Origin: Escherichia coli
Lineage (GTDB): Bacteria; Pseudomonadota; Gammaproteobacteria; Enterobacterales; Enterobacteriaceae
DNA: 64,000 nucleotides
Assembly (NCBI RefSeq): GCF_003334385.1
Contig: NZ_QOWN01000001.1
Strand: one strand, 5' to 3'
Shown: one piece after another, positions 1 to 13,398 of the stretch
How the letters are laid out: every line of letters begins with the position of its first letter
Position numbering within the stretch: position 1 is the first letter of the stretch
The notes under the pieces: generated by a model
The model's input: the letters and a program-made list of their open reading frames with translations, nothing else
Databases searched by the model: none
What the model was told of the DNA's origin: nothing
Program-made: the position numbers and the translations under genes

Positions 1-1188
<1,188 letters not shown>

Positions 1189-1312
1189 AAAAGTTTGATG
1201 CTCAAAGAATTAAACTTCGTAATGAATTACGTGTTCACTCTTGAGACTTGGTATTCATTTTTCGTCTTGCGACGTTAAGAATCCGTATCTTCGAGTGCCC
1301 ACACAGATTGTC

Positions 1313-1332
1313 TGATAAATTGTTAAAGAGCA
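1313..1332 (-). promoter_or_regulatory. rrn leader boxA antitermination element
   Basis: Reverse complement of 1313..1332 reads TGCTCTTTAACAATTTATCA, the canonical rrn boxA, lying between the P2 promoter and the mature 16S 5' end. Confidence 0.85.
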
Positions 1333-1369
1333 GTGCCGCTTCGCTTTTTCTCAGCGGCGCGGGGTGTGC

Positions 1370-1397
1370 ATAATACGCCTTCCCGCTACAGAGTCAA
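1370..1397 (-). promoter_or_regulatory. rrn P2 promoter (-35 TTGACT, 16-bp spacer, -10 TATTAT)
   Basis: Minus-strand hexamers at 1392..1397 (TTGACT) and 1370..1375 (TATTAT) with a 16-bp spacer, followed by a GC-rich discriminator. Confidence 0.8.
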
Positions 1398-1487
1398 GCA
1401 TTTCTTTGCTTTTCTCTGTTGAGATTCTCAGGAGAACCCCGCTGACCCGGCGGCGTGTTTGCCGTTGTTCCGTGTCAGTGGTGGCGC

Positions 1488-1540
1488 ATTATAGGGAGTT
1501 ATTCCGGCCTGACAAGAGGAAATTTAAAATAATTTTCTGA
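1488..1540 (-). promoter_or_regulatory. rrn P1 promoter (-35 TTGTCA, -10 TATAAT) with AT-rich UP element
   Basis: Minus-strand -35 at 1510..1515 and -10 at 1488..1493 with a 16-bp spacer and GCGC discriminator; an AT-rich UP element (AGAAAATTATTTTAAATTTCCTC) sits immediately upstream at 1516..1540. Confidence 0.85.
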
Positions 1541-1667
1541 CCGCGCATTTTTTCAGCAAAAGCCCCGTTAATGTGCCATAAAACAAGCAATTTGCCGTTT
1601 TTGCAACCGTAATCACACTTCCTGGTGGCATACTAAGGAGGAATAAAAAGAAAAAGGAAGATAAGTA

Positions 1668-2360
1668 ATGCCTTTAAGCGCACAACAGTTAGCTGCACAG
1701 AAAAACCTTTCGTATGTTCTGGCTGAGAAGCTGGCGCAACGGATCTTAAAAGGTGAATATGAACCCGGCACCATTTTGCCCGGTGAGATTGAGCTGGGCG
1801 AGCAATTTGGAGTGAGTCGTACAGCGGTACGCGAAGCGGTCAAAACGTTAACGGCAAAAGGGATGGTTTTACCGCGACCGCGAATTGGTACTCGGGTCAT
1901 GCCACAATCGAACTGGAATTTTCTTGATCAGGAATTGCTTACCTGGTGGATGACAGAAGAGAACTTTCATCAGGTCATCGATCACTTTCTGGTTATGCGT
2001 ATCTGTCTGGAGCCGCAAGCCTGCCTACTGGCAGCAACGGTTGGCACCGCGGAACAGAAAGCGCATCTCAATACGTTAATGGCCGAAATGGCGGCATTAA
2101 AAGAGAACTTTCGCCGTGAACGCTGGATCGAAGTCGATATGGCCTGGCATGAGCATATCTATGAAATGAGCGCCAATCCGTTTTTGACCTCATTCGCCTC
2201 GCTATTCCATTCGGTTTATCACACTTACTTCACGTCAATTACCAGCGACACAGTGATAAAGCTGGATCTGCATCAGGCGATTGTCGATGCGATTATCCAA
2301 AGCGATGGCGACGCGGCATTTAAAGCTTGTCAGGCGCTGCTACGCTCACCTGATAAGTGA
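1668..2360 (+). CDS. yieP: GntR/FadR-family transcriptional regulator
   Basis: 230-aa ORF with an N-terminal winged-HTH (GntR-like) and C-terminal FCD-like region; position is divergent from the rrn promoters as in E. coli. Confidence 0.9.
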   Translation: MPLSAQQLAAQKNLSYVLAEKLAQRILKGEYEPGTILPGEIELGEQFGVSRTAVREAVKTLTAKGMVLPRPRIGTRVMPQSNWNFLDQELLTWWMTEENFHQVIDHFLVMRICLEPQACLLAATVGTAEQKAHLNTLMAEMAALKENFRRERWIEVDMAWHEHIYEMSANPFLTSFASLFHSVYHTYFTSITSDTVIKLDLHQAIVDAIIQSDGDAAFKACQALLRSPDK

Positions 2361-2382
2361 TAACCCGATAACAGGACATTGA

Positions 2383-3810
2383 ATGAGCGATAAAAAGAAG
2401 CGCAGTATGGCGGGTTTGCCGTGGATCGCGGCGATGGCCTTCTTCATGCAGGCACTTGATGCCACTATTCTTAATACCGCCTTACCCGCAATCGCTCATA
2501 GCCTTAATCGTTCTCCTCTCGCGATGCAATCAGCCATCATCAGTTATACGCTGACGGTGGCGATGCTTATTCCGGTAAGCGGATGGCTAGCCGATCGCTT
2601 CGGTACGCGTCGCATTTTTACCCTTGCCGTGAGTCTGTTCACATTGGGTTCTCTGGCCTGCGCACTTTCTAATTCGCTACCACAGCTGGTTGTCTTCCGG
2701 GTTATTCAGGGGATAGGCGGCGCAATGATGATGCCTGTTGCTCGGCTGGCCTTACTGCGCGCTTATCCTCGTAATGAACTTCTTCCAGTATTGAATTTTG
2801 TCGCCATGCCGGGTCTGGTGGGGCCAATTTTAGGCCCCGTTCTTGGCGGCGTGCTGGTCACCTGGGCAACCTGGCACTGGATATTTTTAATCAATATCCC
2901 CATAGGTATTGCGGGCCTTCTTTACGCGCGCAAACATATGCCCAATTTCACCACCGCACGACGCAGATTCGATATCACTGGCTTTTTGCTGTTTGGCCTC
3001 AGCCTTGTTCTCTTCTCAAGCGGAATAGAGCTATTCGGGGAAAAGATTGTCGCCAGCTGGATTGCCTTGACGGTAATTGTCACCAGCATCGGGTTACTGC
3101 TTCTCTATATTCTCCATGCACGACGCACGCCAAACCCATTAATTTCATTAGATTTATTTAAAACCCGCACTTTCTCGATCGGTATCGTAGGCAATATTGC
3201 AACCCGTCTGGGGACCGGCTGTGTACCGTTCCTTATGCCATTGATGTTACAGGTAGGATTTGGTTATCAGGCGTTTATTGCTGGCTGTATGATGGCACCG
3301 ACAGCGTTAGGTTCCATTATTGCAAAATCGATGGTTACCCAAGTCTTACGTCGTCTGGGCTATCGCCATACGTTAGTGGGGATCACGGTGATTATTGGGC
3401 TAATGATCGCTCAGTTCTCTTTGCAATCACCAGCAATGGCTATATGGATGCTGATCTTGCCGTTGTTTATATTAGGGATGGCTATGTCGACGCAGTTTAC
3501 CGCGATGAATACCATCACACTTGCCGATCTGACCGATGACAATGCCAGCAGCGGTAACAGTGTTCTGGCGGTCACGCAGCAACTGTCGATTAGTTTAGGC
3601 GTTGCTGTAAGTGCGGCCGTCCTTCGCGTTTATGAAGGAATGGAAGGCACAACGACTGTCGAACAATTCCACTATACGTTTATCACAATGGGCATTATTA
3701 CTGTTGCTTCAGCAGCAATGTTCATGCTTCTGAAAACAACCGATGGTAATAATTTGATCAAAAGACAGCGTAAATCTAAGCCGAACCGCGTTCCATCAGA
3801 ATCGGAGTAA
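2383..3810 (+). CDS. hsrA: MFS (DHA2-family) efflux transporter
   Basis: 475-aa polytopic membrane ORF with MFS signature stretches; good RBS spacing after yieP. Confidence 0.9.
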
Positions 3811-4768
3811 GTTGTAATCGTTGTTGCTGAAGGGTCGGCTGGGTTATCCGATGGATGAGTACATCAATCGCCAGCTCCCCCAGTTCATCTTTCGGTTGGT
3901 GGATAGTGGTTAATGGTGGCGTCATAAAGCTTGCCAGTTCGATATCGTCATAGCCAATCACCGCGATATCCTGCGGAACCTGTAACTCTGCCTGATATAA
4001 CGCCTGGTAAACGCCAACAGCCATAGCGTCATTTCCGGTAAAGACGGCCTGAGGACGCAGCGGATGTGATAGCAGTTGGCGCATAGCGTCAAACCCGCCG
4101 TTAAATTCAAAATCACCAGTGACTTCATAGCCATCAGGAATGTTGAGACCCGCACGTTTCATCGCCGCCCGATAACCTTCCAACCGCAGGCGCGCCGGAG
4201 TTTTATCCAGCGGGCCGGTAATACAGGCGATACGGGTATGACCTTTATCGATCAGATATTGCGTTGCTAAGTCTCCGCCCAGCAACGAGTTATCCTGAAT
4301 AAGATCGCTGTCGCCATCGAACGGAGCCCAGTCCATCATCACAGTAGGCACTGTCGGATAACGTTGCATGATTTCACGCGAAGGTTGATGCGTTTCGGTG
4401 CACAGTAACAGCAAGCCATCAACGCGTTTTTGCATCAGCGTTTCCAGATTGCGATTCATCCGCTGTTCATCGCCTTCGGTATTGCAAAGGACGAGACTAT
4501 AACCGCGTTCGAAGCAGCTGCGTTCAACGCCACGCACCAGTTCTGAATAGAAAGGATTGGTACTGGCAGTGATCAACATGCCAATGGTATGTGTTTGATT
4601 GAGTTTGAGGCTACGCGCCAGAGCTGATGGCGCGTAATTGAGTTCTTTAATCGCCGCTTCAACTTTGGCGGTAATCGCTTCACTGACGAAGCGATCTTTA
4701 TTGATAACGTGAGAAACTGTTGAGGTAGAAACGCCCGCCAGGCGGGCAACATCTTTCATTGTAGCCAA
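3776..4768 (-). CDS. rbsR: ribose operon repressor (LacI family)
   Basis: 330 aa; N-terminal LacI-type HTH ([23 protein letters not shown]) and periplasmic-binding-protein-like core. The 3' end overlaps the convergent hsrA by 35 bp. Confidence 0.95.
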
Positions 4769-4771
4769 GCG

Positions 4772-5701
4772 TCACCTCTGCCTGTCTAAAAATGCGTCGA
4801 TCTCTTCACGCCACGGTACGGAAGGTTGTGCGCCTTTACGTGTTACGGCAATCGCAGCGGCAGCATGGGCAAAACGAATCGCCTCTGGCAATGGTTTTTC
4901 TTCCAGCAATGCCGTGATTAACGCACCGTTAAAGGTATCTCCGGCAGCAATGGTATCGACAGCCTGCACCCGGAATCCAGGAACGCGCTGACCTTCACCA
5001 TTCACGCTAGCCCATACACCACGACTTCCTAAAGTAATCAGTACAGTACGGATACCTTTTTCATGCAGTACCTGCGCCGCCTTCGCTGCATCTTCATCAT
5101 TTTCAACACGAATACCGGTGAGCTTTTCTGCTTCCGTTTCGTTTGGCGTAATAATGTCCACCAGCGCCAGCAGTTCGTCAGGAAGTTCGCGAGCCGGAGC
5201 CGGGTTAAGCGCAACGATAGTCTTATTTTGATGGGCGATTTTCGCCGCTGCCATCACACTTTCGAGTGGTGATTCCAGCTGCATTAATAATGCTGACGCG
5301 TTGGCAATACGCTCACGTTGCGCTTCCACCAGCGCCGGGGAAAGGGCAGCATTAGCGCCGGCATGAATACCGATGACATTCTCACCTTCGCCATTAACAA
5401 AAATCAGCGCCACACCTGTTGATTCGCCTTTGATCACGCTGACCGGAGTAATATCAATGTTATCAGTGGCGAGCTGCTGGCGAACGCTCTCACCAATGCT
5501 GTCATCACCCGTACAGGCAATAAACGCGATATTCGCACCGCTACGCCCAGCAGCCACAGCCTGATTCGCGCCTTTGCCGCCAAATGCAACCTGATAGTGG
5601 TTACCGGTTACGGTTTCGCCTGGAGTAGGAAAAGATTGAAGATTAAGAATGTGGTCAGCATTAATGCTGCCAAGAACAACGAGGCTGCCTGCGTTTTGCA
5701 T
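4772..5701 (-). CDS. rbsK: ribokinase
   Basis: PfkB-family kinase with GG and DTxGAGD motifs. Start chosen at MQNAGSLVV (309 aa); the ORF track extends 9 codons further upstream. Confidence 0.93.
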   Translation of the reverse strand: MQNAGSLVVLGSINADHILNLQSFPTPGETVTGNHYQVAFGGKGANQAVAAGRSGANIAFIACTGDDSIGESVRQQLATDNIDITPVSVIKGESTGVALIFVNGEGENVIGIHAGANAALSPALVEAQRERIANASALLMQLESPLESVMAAAKIAHQNKTIVALNPAPARELPDELLALVDIITPNETEAEKLTGIRVENDEDAAKAAQVLHEKGIRTVLITLGSRGVWASVNGEGQRVPGFRVQAVDTIAAGDTFNGALITALLEEKPLPEAIRFAHAAAAIAVTRKGAQPSVPWREEIDAFLDRQR

Positions 5702-5826
5702 ATTCGGGATGTCCATAAAATGCGCCACCGTGTTAGGGTGGCGCGTGCCCTGCTTTTCTTTATATTACACGTTCATCTGTCGATGACGTATTTATGTCAC
5801 CATCAGGTCATACAACCTGATTAAAA

Positions 5827-6717
5827 CTACTGCTTAACAACCAGTTTCAGATCAACCGGATACTTAGCCTGAACTTTCTCGCCTTTCAGCACTTTATCTG
5901 CGGTTTCGACGCCTTTCGCGCCAATCTGATCGGGTAGCTGAGCGATAGTCGCTGCTAGTTTGCCATCATTCACCGCTTTTTCGCCATCCGGTGTACCGTC
6001 AAATCCGACGACCATCACATCCGATTTACCGGCAGTTTGCAGTGCGCGCAGCGCGCCCAGCGCCATTTCATCATTCTGCGCGAATACAGCCTGAACATCC
6101 GGATGAGCGGTCAACAGGTTCTGCATTACGTTCAAACCTTTAGTGCGATCAAAATCTGCTGGCTGGCTGGCAAGAACATTAAACTTGTGAGCAGCAACGG
6201 CCTGCTGGAAGCCTTCGCCACGTTCACGGGCTGCGGATGTACCAGCAATGCCTTGCAGCTCGATAACTTTGGCACCTTCACCCGCTTTCTTCGCGATGTA
6301 ATCACCAGCGATTTTGCCGCCCAGTACGTTATCAGAAGCAATGTGGCTCACCACTTCACCTTTCGTTGCCTGGCGGTCAAGAGTGATAACCGGGATGTTC
6401 GCCTGGTTAGCCATCTTCACAGCATTACCCACTGCGTCGGAGTCGGTCGGGTTAATCAGCAGAATTTTTGTGCCGCGAACGGTTAAGTCCTGCACGTTCG
6501 CCAGCTCTTTCGCCGGGTTGTTCTGGGAGTCCAGCACCACCAGGTTATAGCCAAGTTTATCCGCCTCTTTCTGCGCGCCATCTTTCAGCGATACAAAGAA
6601 CGGGTTGTTAAGCGTGGAGACCACCAGCGCGATGGTGTCTTTTGCCATCGCATTCGCACTGACGGTGGCGCTTAGCGCAACAGCGGAAACCAGGGTAGCC
6701 AGTTTTTTCATGTTCAT
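5827..6717 (-). CDS. rbsB: periplasmic ribose-binding protein
   Basis: Signal peptide ([23 protein letters not shown]) followed by a type-I periplasmic binding fold; 296 aa from the first ATG. Confidence 0.95.
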   Translation of the reverse strand: MNMKKLATLVSAVALSATVSANAMAKDTIALVVSTLNNPFFVSLKDGAQKEADKLGYNLVVLDSQNNPAKELANVQDLTVRGTKILLINPTDSDAVGNAVKMANQANIPVITLDRQATKGEVVSHIASDNVLGGKIAGDYIAKKAGEGAKVIELQGIAGTSAARERGEGFQQAVAAHKFNVLASQPADFDRTKGLNVMQNLLTAHPDVQAVFAQNDEMALGALRALQTAGKSDVMVVGFDGTPDGEKAVNDGKLAATIAQLPDQIGAKGVETADKVLKGEKVQAKYPVDLKLVVKQ

Positions 6718-6741
6718 ATTCAAGATGTCCTGTAGTCGTTA

Positions 6742-7707
6742 TTACTGCTTTTTGTTGTCTACCAGCACCGCCAGCAAAATCACCACCGCTTTGACGATCA
6801 TCTGGTAATAGGAGGAAACACCTAACAAATTCAATCCATTATTAAGGAAGCCAAGAATTAATGCGCCGATCAACGTCCCAACAATGCGACCTTTTCCGCC
6901 CGCCAGACTCGTACCGCCCAGAACCACCGCAGCAATAGCATCCAGCTCATAGCCAGTCCCCGCCGTGGGTTGTGCGGAGGAGAGACGCGCCACTTCAATG
7001 ATCCCGGCCAGCGATGCCAGCAGACCACAAAGAGAATAGACGATGATTTTGATTTTATTGACGTTGATACCAGAAAGACGCGTTGCCGCTTCGTTGCCGC
7101 CCAGCGCGTAGATGTAACGCCCCAGACGCGTGTGATGCAGCATGTACCAGGCCGCGAGGAAGACAATCCCCATGATCCAGACTGGCGTCGGTACGCCCAG
7201 CGGACGACCAATACCAAACCAGCCAAACAGATCGGCGTTCTCAGTAAAGCCGGTATTCACTGGGCTACCGTTGGTATAAACCATGGTCACGCCGCGCAGT
7301 AAAAGCATCATAACCAGCGTAGCGATAAACGCCTGGACGCGACCTTTCGCTACAATCACCCCGGTTACCGCACCAATTGCGGCACCTAACGCGAGAGCAG
7401 CAGCGACAGCCACCAGCGCATTGACTTCAATGCCGACGATAGATGCAGCAACTGCGCCGGTCAGCGCCAACAGAGAACCTACCGATAAGTCGATGCCCGA
7501 CGTCAGGATCACCAGCGTCATCCCGACCGCCATAATGGCGTTCACTGAGGTTTGCTGGAGAATATTGAATAAGTTATTGATGGTGAAAAAGTTCGGGCTT
7601 AACGTCGAGACAATCGCGATCAGCACCAGCAGAGCGATAAGCGATTTCTGCTCCATCAGCCACGCTTTCGTGAAATAACGGCGACCAGAGACAGTCTGGG
7701 TTGTCAT
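6742..7707 (-). CDS. rbsC: ribose ABC transporter permease
   Basis: 321-aa polytopic permease of the ABC-2/BPD type. Confidence 0.95.
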   Translation of the reverse strand: MTTQTVSGRRYFTKAWLMEQKSLIALLVLIAIVSTLSPNFFTINNLFNILQQTSVNAIMAVGMTLVILTSGIDLSVGSLLALTGAVAASIVGIEVNALVAVAAALALGAAIGAVTGVIVAKGRVQAFIATLVMMLLLRGVTMVYTNGSPVNTGFTENADLFGWFGIGRPLGVPTPVWIMGIVFLAAWYMLHHTRLGRYIYALGGNEAATRLSGINVNKIKIIVYSLCGLLASLAGIIEVARLSSAQPTAGTGYELDAIAAVVLGGTSLAGGKGRIVGTLIGALILGFLNNGLNLLGVSSYYQMIVKAVVILLAVLVDNKKQ

Positions 7708-7711
7708 TTTT

Positions 7712-9217
7712 TTACTCCTGATTCACGCGATTAAGCTTGCCCACAGCGGCAGCCATTAACACTTCCTGGGTGGCCTGCTCACGAGTAAATTCCCCGCTGA
7801 GATGCCCTTCATGCATGACGATGATGCGATCGCTCATGCCTAATACTTCTGGCATCTCCGATGACACCAGAATGATGCTCAAGCCATCGGCTTTGAACTG
7901 GTTAATCAGTTGATAGATCTCTTTTTTCGCGCCGACATCTACGCCACGGGTAGGTTCATCAAGGATCAACACTTTGGGGCGTGTCATCAGACCGCGGGCA
8001 ATCGCCACTTTTTGCTGATTGCCACCGGAAAGCAGACCAATTGCCTGTTCCATCGACGGAGTTTTCACATTAAACAGACGAATGAAATCACTCACAGCCT
8101 GCTGTTCATCGGCATGCTTCAAACTGCCGCCAGCGCGGCTGAAGTAGCGCAGCGCTGTCAGCGACATGTTCTCTTTTACTGACATGCCCAACACTAAACC
8201 GTCACGTTTACGGTCTTCGGAGATATACACAATGCCGTTTGCCAGGCCATCCTGCGGTGAACGGGTAACGACTTCATGCCCATCCAGGGTGACGTAACCG
8301 CTGGTGCGCGGTAGTGCGCCGTAGAGCACTTTCATCAGTTCGGTACGACCTGCGCCCATCAAACCAGAGACGCCAAGAATTTCGCCTTTGCGTAAAGTAA
8401 AAGAGACATCGTTAACGCCAGGTCCGCAGAGATTATCGACTTTCAGGCGGATATCTCCCGGCGCTTTGTCCAGGTGCGGATATTGATCTTCCAGCTTGCG
8501 ACCCACCATCATCTCAATCAGCGAATCTTCGGTCAGTGATGCCACTTCGCGCTCAGCAATAAATTGCCCATCACGAAAAACGGTAACGTCATCGCAAATC
8601 TCGAAGATTTCTTTCATGCGGTGGGAGATATAGACAATACCGCGGCCTTGCGATTTCAGCTCGCGGATGACGCGGAACAGGGATTCGGTTTCGGTATCGG
8701 TCAGCGCATCGGTCGGTTCATCCATAATGATGACTTTCGACTCAAAGCTCAGCACTTTGGCGATTTCAACCATTTGCTGGTCACCGATGGAAAGATCGCC
8801 CACCAGCTTGTCGCTTTTAAAGCGCAGGTTAAGTTTAGCCAGCAATTTATCCGCTTCGGCATACATGGTTTTCCAGTCAATTTTGCCAAAGCGATTAACA
8901 AACTCACGACCGAGGAAAATGTTTTCGGCAATGGTCAACTGCGGGATCAGGTTCAGTTCCTGATGGATAATCCCAATCCCGGCTTCCTGGGAAGATTTTG
9001 GCCCGGTAAATGTCGTTTCTTTCCCCAGCCATAAAAGCGTACCGGCATCGCGAGTATAGATGCCAGTAAGCACTTTCATCATGGTGGATTTACCCGCGCC
9101 GTTTTCGCCCACCAGCGCCATCACGCGGCCCGGATAGACATTTAACGCTGCGCCCGAGAGGGCTTTTACGCCCGGGAAGGCTTTATCGATGCCTTTAAGC
9201 TGAAGTAATGCTTCCAT
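7712..9217 (-). CDS. rbsA: ribose ABC transporter ATPase (tandem ABC domains)
   Basis: 501 aa with two Walker A motifs ([18 protein letters not shown]) and two LSGG-type signatures. Confidence 0.95.
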
Positions 9218-9224
9218 GACGGCC

Positions 9225-9644
9225 TCAGAACGTCACGCCAGCACAGAGAATGATATTCGCATACGGAGAACATTCTCCGCTGCGAATTACCGCCTGACTT
9301 TCTGCGGTTTGTTGTTTGAATTGTTCATGCGTGGTGTAACGAATTTCAATGGTATTTCCCTGGTGTTTTTGCAGCTGCTCAAGGTGAGTGAGCAACGTTT
9401 CGTGGAGTTGCGGATTATGGTGTTTGATCTCTTCCGCGATAATGGCCGCCTCGACCTGCATTTCATTTGTGACGACGCCCAGCACCTGCATAAAAGAAGG
9501 TACACCCTGGGTTAATGCCATATCGATACGCGTTGTACTTTTGGGGATGGGTAAACCAGCATCACACACCACCAGCGTATCGGTATGTCCCAGACGGGAG
9601 ATCACCGATGAAATATCAGAATTAAGAACGGTGCCTTTTTTCAT
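9225..9644 (-). CDS. rbsD: D-ribose pyranase
   Basis: 139 aa from [14 protein letters not shown], matching RbsD; the ORF track extends to an in-frame upstream codon that overlaps the operator. Confidence 0.92.
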
Positions 9645-9655
9645 TTTTTTCTCCA

Positions 9656-9675
9656 TCAGCGAAACGTTTCGCTGA
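9656..9675 (-). promoter_or_regulatory. RbsR operator, perfect 20-bp palindrome TCAGCGAAACGTTTCGCTGA
   Basis: Perfect inverted repeat seen directly, 12-31 bp upstream of the rbsD ATG. Its CGAAACGTTTCG core is a LacI/GalR-type operator. Confidence 0.85.
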
Positions 9676-9810
9676 CCCACAGTTTAATCCTGACTGAGTT
9701 GGGAAAACCATCGTGACGTTACGGAAATGTGATCAACCTCGAAACGTTTTACATGGTGATTAACCATGAAAACAAAAACGCCCCCTTATGAAGAAAGGAG
9801 GCGTCTGGCG

Positions 9811-11679
9811 TTAGATTTCGACCTGAGTACCCAGTTCGATAACCCTGTTTGGCGGGATTTCAAATTGATCTGGTGCACGCAGCGCATTACGTTGCAGCAG
9901 CAAGTACAGCTTGCCGCGCAGACGCAAATACCACGGGCGTTTGCCGAGGATCAACGACTCATGCGACATAAAGAAGGAGGTTTCCATCATCCGGCAACTT
10001 AATCCTTCCAGACCGCAGCGGTGGAAAACTTCTTCTACGTTTGGCGTTTCTCGCCAACCATAACTTGCCACCACGCGCCAGAAAGTGGGCGACAGTTGTT
10101 CAATCTGTACCCGACGGACGTTATGGACATATGGAGCGTCTTCGGTGCGCAGAGTTAACAGAATCACCCGCTCATGCAATACCTTGTTATGTTTAAGGTT
10201 ATGCATCAGCGCAAAGGGAATGACGTTGATTGCACGCGACATATACACCGCGGTCCCGGGCACGCGAACAGGCGGTGATTTCTCCAGCGAAGCAATCATC
10301 GCTTCCAGAGAGTTACCATGTTCATGCATCCGCCGCAGCAAGCGGAAACGCTCGCTCTTCCAGGTGGTCATCACGATAAACATCACAGTACCGAGGCTCA
10401 ATGGCAACCAGCCGCCGGAGAGCAGTTTATCGAGGTTAGCGGTGAACAATGGAATATCGACACAAAGGAAAGCAATCAGGATCAGCGCAACAAAATACTT
10501 ATTCCAGTGCCAGTTCTGACGTGCCACGGTAGTCGAGAGAATAGACGTCAGCACCATGGTTCCGGTCACCGCAATCCCGTACGCCGCCGCCAGGTTGCTG
10601 GAGTGCTCAAAGCTGACAATCACAATCACGACCGCGACATAGAGCATCCAGTTCACAAACGGAATATAGATTTGCCCTGACTCCATTTCGGAGGTGTGAA
10701 TAATGCGCATCGGCGACAAATATCCCAGACGTACCGCCTGACGCGTCAATGAAAAGACGCCAGAGATAACCGCCTGCGAGGCGATTACCGTCGCCAGTGC
10801 GGCGATGATCAGCAGCGGGATCAGCGCCCAGTCCGGTGCCAAAAGGAAGAACGGGTTCTTAATCGCTTCCGGGTTCTTTAACAACAGCGCTCCCTGGCCG
10901 AAGTAATTAAGAGTTAAGGAAGGTAATACGACAGTGAACCACGCCAGACGAATAGGGAACTTACCAAAGTGTCCCATATCAGCATACAGCGCCTCGACCC
11001 CCGTAATCGACAGCACCACTGCCCCTAATGCAATAAAAGAAACCGTTTTGTATTCAAGGAAGAAATGCACCGCCCACATCGGATTCAGCGCATGCAGCAC
11101 TTCCGGGTTAGCAATAATGCTACGTAACCCCAGTCCTGCCAGAATCAAAAACCAGGTCAGCATGATCGGCGCAAACAGCTTACCGACCATAGCCGTGCCA
11201 TGCTTTTGAATCATAAATAATAAAGTGAGAACGATAATTGAGAGGGGAACTATCCAGGTATCCAGCTGCGGGGCGACGATTTCCAGACCTTCAATGGCTG
11301 ACATCACCGAAATAGCGGGTGTTATGACGACTTCACCATAGAAAAAGCTGCCGCCGATTAGCCCCATAATCACCAGCATTGATGTGGTTCGCGCCGACGT
11401 ATTACGCCCGGCAAGCGACATCAACGTCAGGATCCCCCCCTCACCGGCGTTATCTGCCCGCATCACGAAGGTGAGATATTTAATGGAAACCACAAAGATT
11501 AGCAGCCAGAAGATCAGCGATAAAAAGCCAAACACGGCATCGCGTTCAACGCCAAAACCAAACTGGCCGGACAAACATTCACGAAGTGTATATAACGGGC
11601 TGGTACCAATATCGCCGTAGACAACTCCAATCGCCGCGAGGGTAATCGCGGGCAATGATTGCTTATTATCAGTGCTCAT
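9811..11679 (-). CDS. kup: low-affinity K+ uptake transporter (KUP family)
   Basis: 622 aa; N-terminal 12-TM domain with the GDIGTSPLY motif and a C-terminal cytoplasmic domain. Confidence 0.95.
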
Positions 11680-11901
11680 AGACTAGTCTTTCGTTGAAAT
11701 ATGAAATGTGTGCTTAGTCCCTTGGCCCACAAAAAAGCGCACAGTATGCACGATTAACGGCAAAATCGTACTCCTAAATGCGGCCACATTAACCTGGCTC
11801 AAAGAAAAATACCCCCCCTTTGAGACTATTTTAGCCACCAGCAAGAAACGTCTATACTCGCAATTTACGCAGAACTTTTGACGAAAGGACGCCACTTCAT
11901 T

Positions 11902-13398
11902 ATGGCTCACCCTCATTTATTAGCGGAAAGAATTTCCCGCCTGAGCAGTTCGTTGGAAAAGGGGCTTTATGAACGTAGCCACGCCATCCGCTTGTGTTTA
12001 TTAGCGGCATTAAGTGGTGAAAGTGTGTTCCTCCTTGGCCCGCCAGGTATTGCCAAAAGTTTGATCGCCCGGCGCTTAAAATTCGCCTTTCAGAATGCCC
12101 GCGCGTTTGAATATCTGATGACCCGCTTCTCCACGCCGGAAGAAGTTTTTGGTCCCCTTTCTATTCAGGCGCTAAAAGATGAAGGGCGCTATGAACGTTT
12201 AACCAGCGGTTACCTGCCGGAAGCAGAAATTGTCTTTCTGGATGAGATCTGGAAAGCGGGCCCGGCAATTCTTAATACCTTGCTCACCGCCATTAACGAG
12301 CGCCAGTTCCGCAACGGTGCACACGTAGAAAAAATCCCGATGCGCCTGCTGGTGGCGGCCTCCAACGAGCTGCCGGAAGCAGACAGCAGTCTGGAAGCGT
12401 TATATGACCGCATGCTGATTCGTCTGTGGTTAGATAAAGTGCAGGATAAAGCGAATTTCCGCTCCATGCTGACCAGTCAACAGGATGAAAACGACAATCC
12501 GGTTCCTGATGCCTTGCAGGTCACAGATGAAGAATATGAACGCTGGCAGAAAGAGATTGGTGAAATTACGCTGCCCGATCATGTATTTGAGCTGATTTTT
12601 ATGCTGCGCCAGCAACTGGATAAATTACCGGATGCGCCTTATGTCTCGGATCGTCGCTGGAAAAAAGCGATCCGATTATTACAGGCCAGCGCCTTTTTTA
12701 GCGGTCGCAGTGCTGTTGCCCCGGTAGATCTCATTTTGCTGAAAGATTGCCTGTGGTATGACGCGCAAAGCCTGAATTTGATACAACAACAAATTGATGT
12801 ATTGATGACCGGTCACGCCTGGCAACAGCAAGGGATGTTGACTCGCCTTGGCGCGATTGTGCAACGTCACCTGCAACTCCAGCAGCAACAAAGCGATAAA
12901 ACAGCCTTAACGGTAATTCGTCTGGGCGGCATTTTCAGCCGTCGTCAGCAGTATCAACTTCCTGTTAACGTTACTGCTTCCACTCTGACTCTACTGCTGC
13001 AAAAACCGTTAAAACTGCATGATATGGAAGTGGTTCATATCTCCTTTGAGCGTAGCGCGCTGGAACAGTGGCTGAGCAAAGGTGGTGAAATTCGCGGTAA
13101 ACTGAACGGTATCGGCTTTGCCCAGAAACTGAATCTGGAAGTTGATAGCGCCCAACATCTTGTCGTTCGCGATGTAAGTTTACAAGGCAGTACGCTGGCA
13201 CTTCCCGGTTCATCGGCTGAAGGTCTGCCTGGTGAAATAAAACAACAACTGGAAGAGCTTGAAAGCGACTGGCGCAAGCAACACGCTTTATTCAGCGAAC
13301 AGCAAAAATGTCTGTTTATCCCTGGCGACTGGTTAGGTCGCATTGAAGCCAGCCTACAGGATGTCGGTGCACAGATTCGCCAGGCACAACAATGCTAA
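11902..13398 (+). CDS. ravA: MoxR-type AAA+ ATPase RavA
   Basis: 498 aa from MAHPHLL; Walker A GPPGIAKS and Walker B FLDEIWK. Overlaps viaA by 7 nt. Confidence 0.93.
   Translation: MAHPHLLAERISRLSSSLEKGLYERSHAIRLCLLAALSGESVFLLGPPGIAKSLIARRLKFAFQNARAFEYLMTRFSTPEEVFGPLSIQALKDEGRYERLTSGYLPEAEIVFLDEIWKAGPAILNTLLTAINERQFRNGAHVEKIPMRLLVAASNELPEADSSLEALYDRMLIRLWLDKVQDKANFRSMLTSQQDENDNPVPDALQVTDEEYERWQKEIGEITLPDHVFELIFMLRQQLDKLPDAPYVSDRRWKKAIRLLQASAFFSGRSAVAPVDLILLKDCLWYDAQSLNLIQQQIDVLMTGHAWQQQGMLTRLGAIVQRHLQLQQQQSDKTALTVIRLGGIFSRRQQYQLPVNVTASTLTLLLQKPLKLHDMEVVHISFERSALEQWLSKGGEIRGKLNGIGFAQKLNLEVDSAQHLVVRDVSLQGSTLALPGSSAEGLPGEIKQQLEELESDWRKQHALFSEQQKCLFIPGDWLGRIEASLQDVGAQIRQAQQC

Noticed and set aside
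11683-11916. 77-aa minus-strand ORF in the kup-ravA divergent promoter region
   Set aside because: It overlaps the ravA start and the promoter region, has no RBS, and shows no conserved features; it looks like a spurious intergenic ORF.
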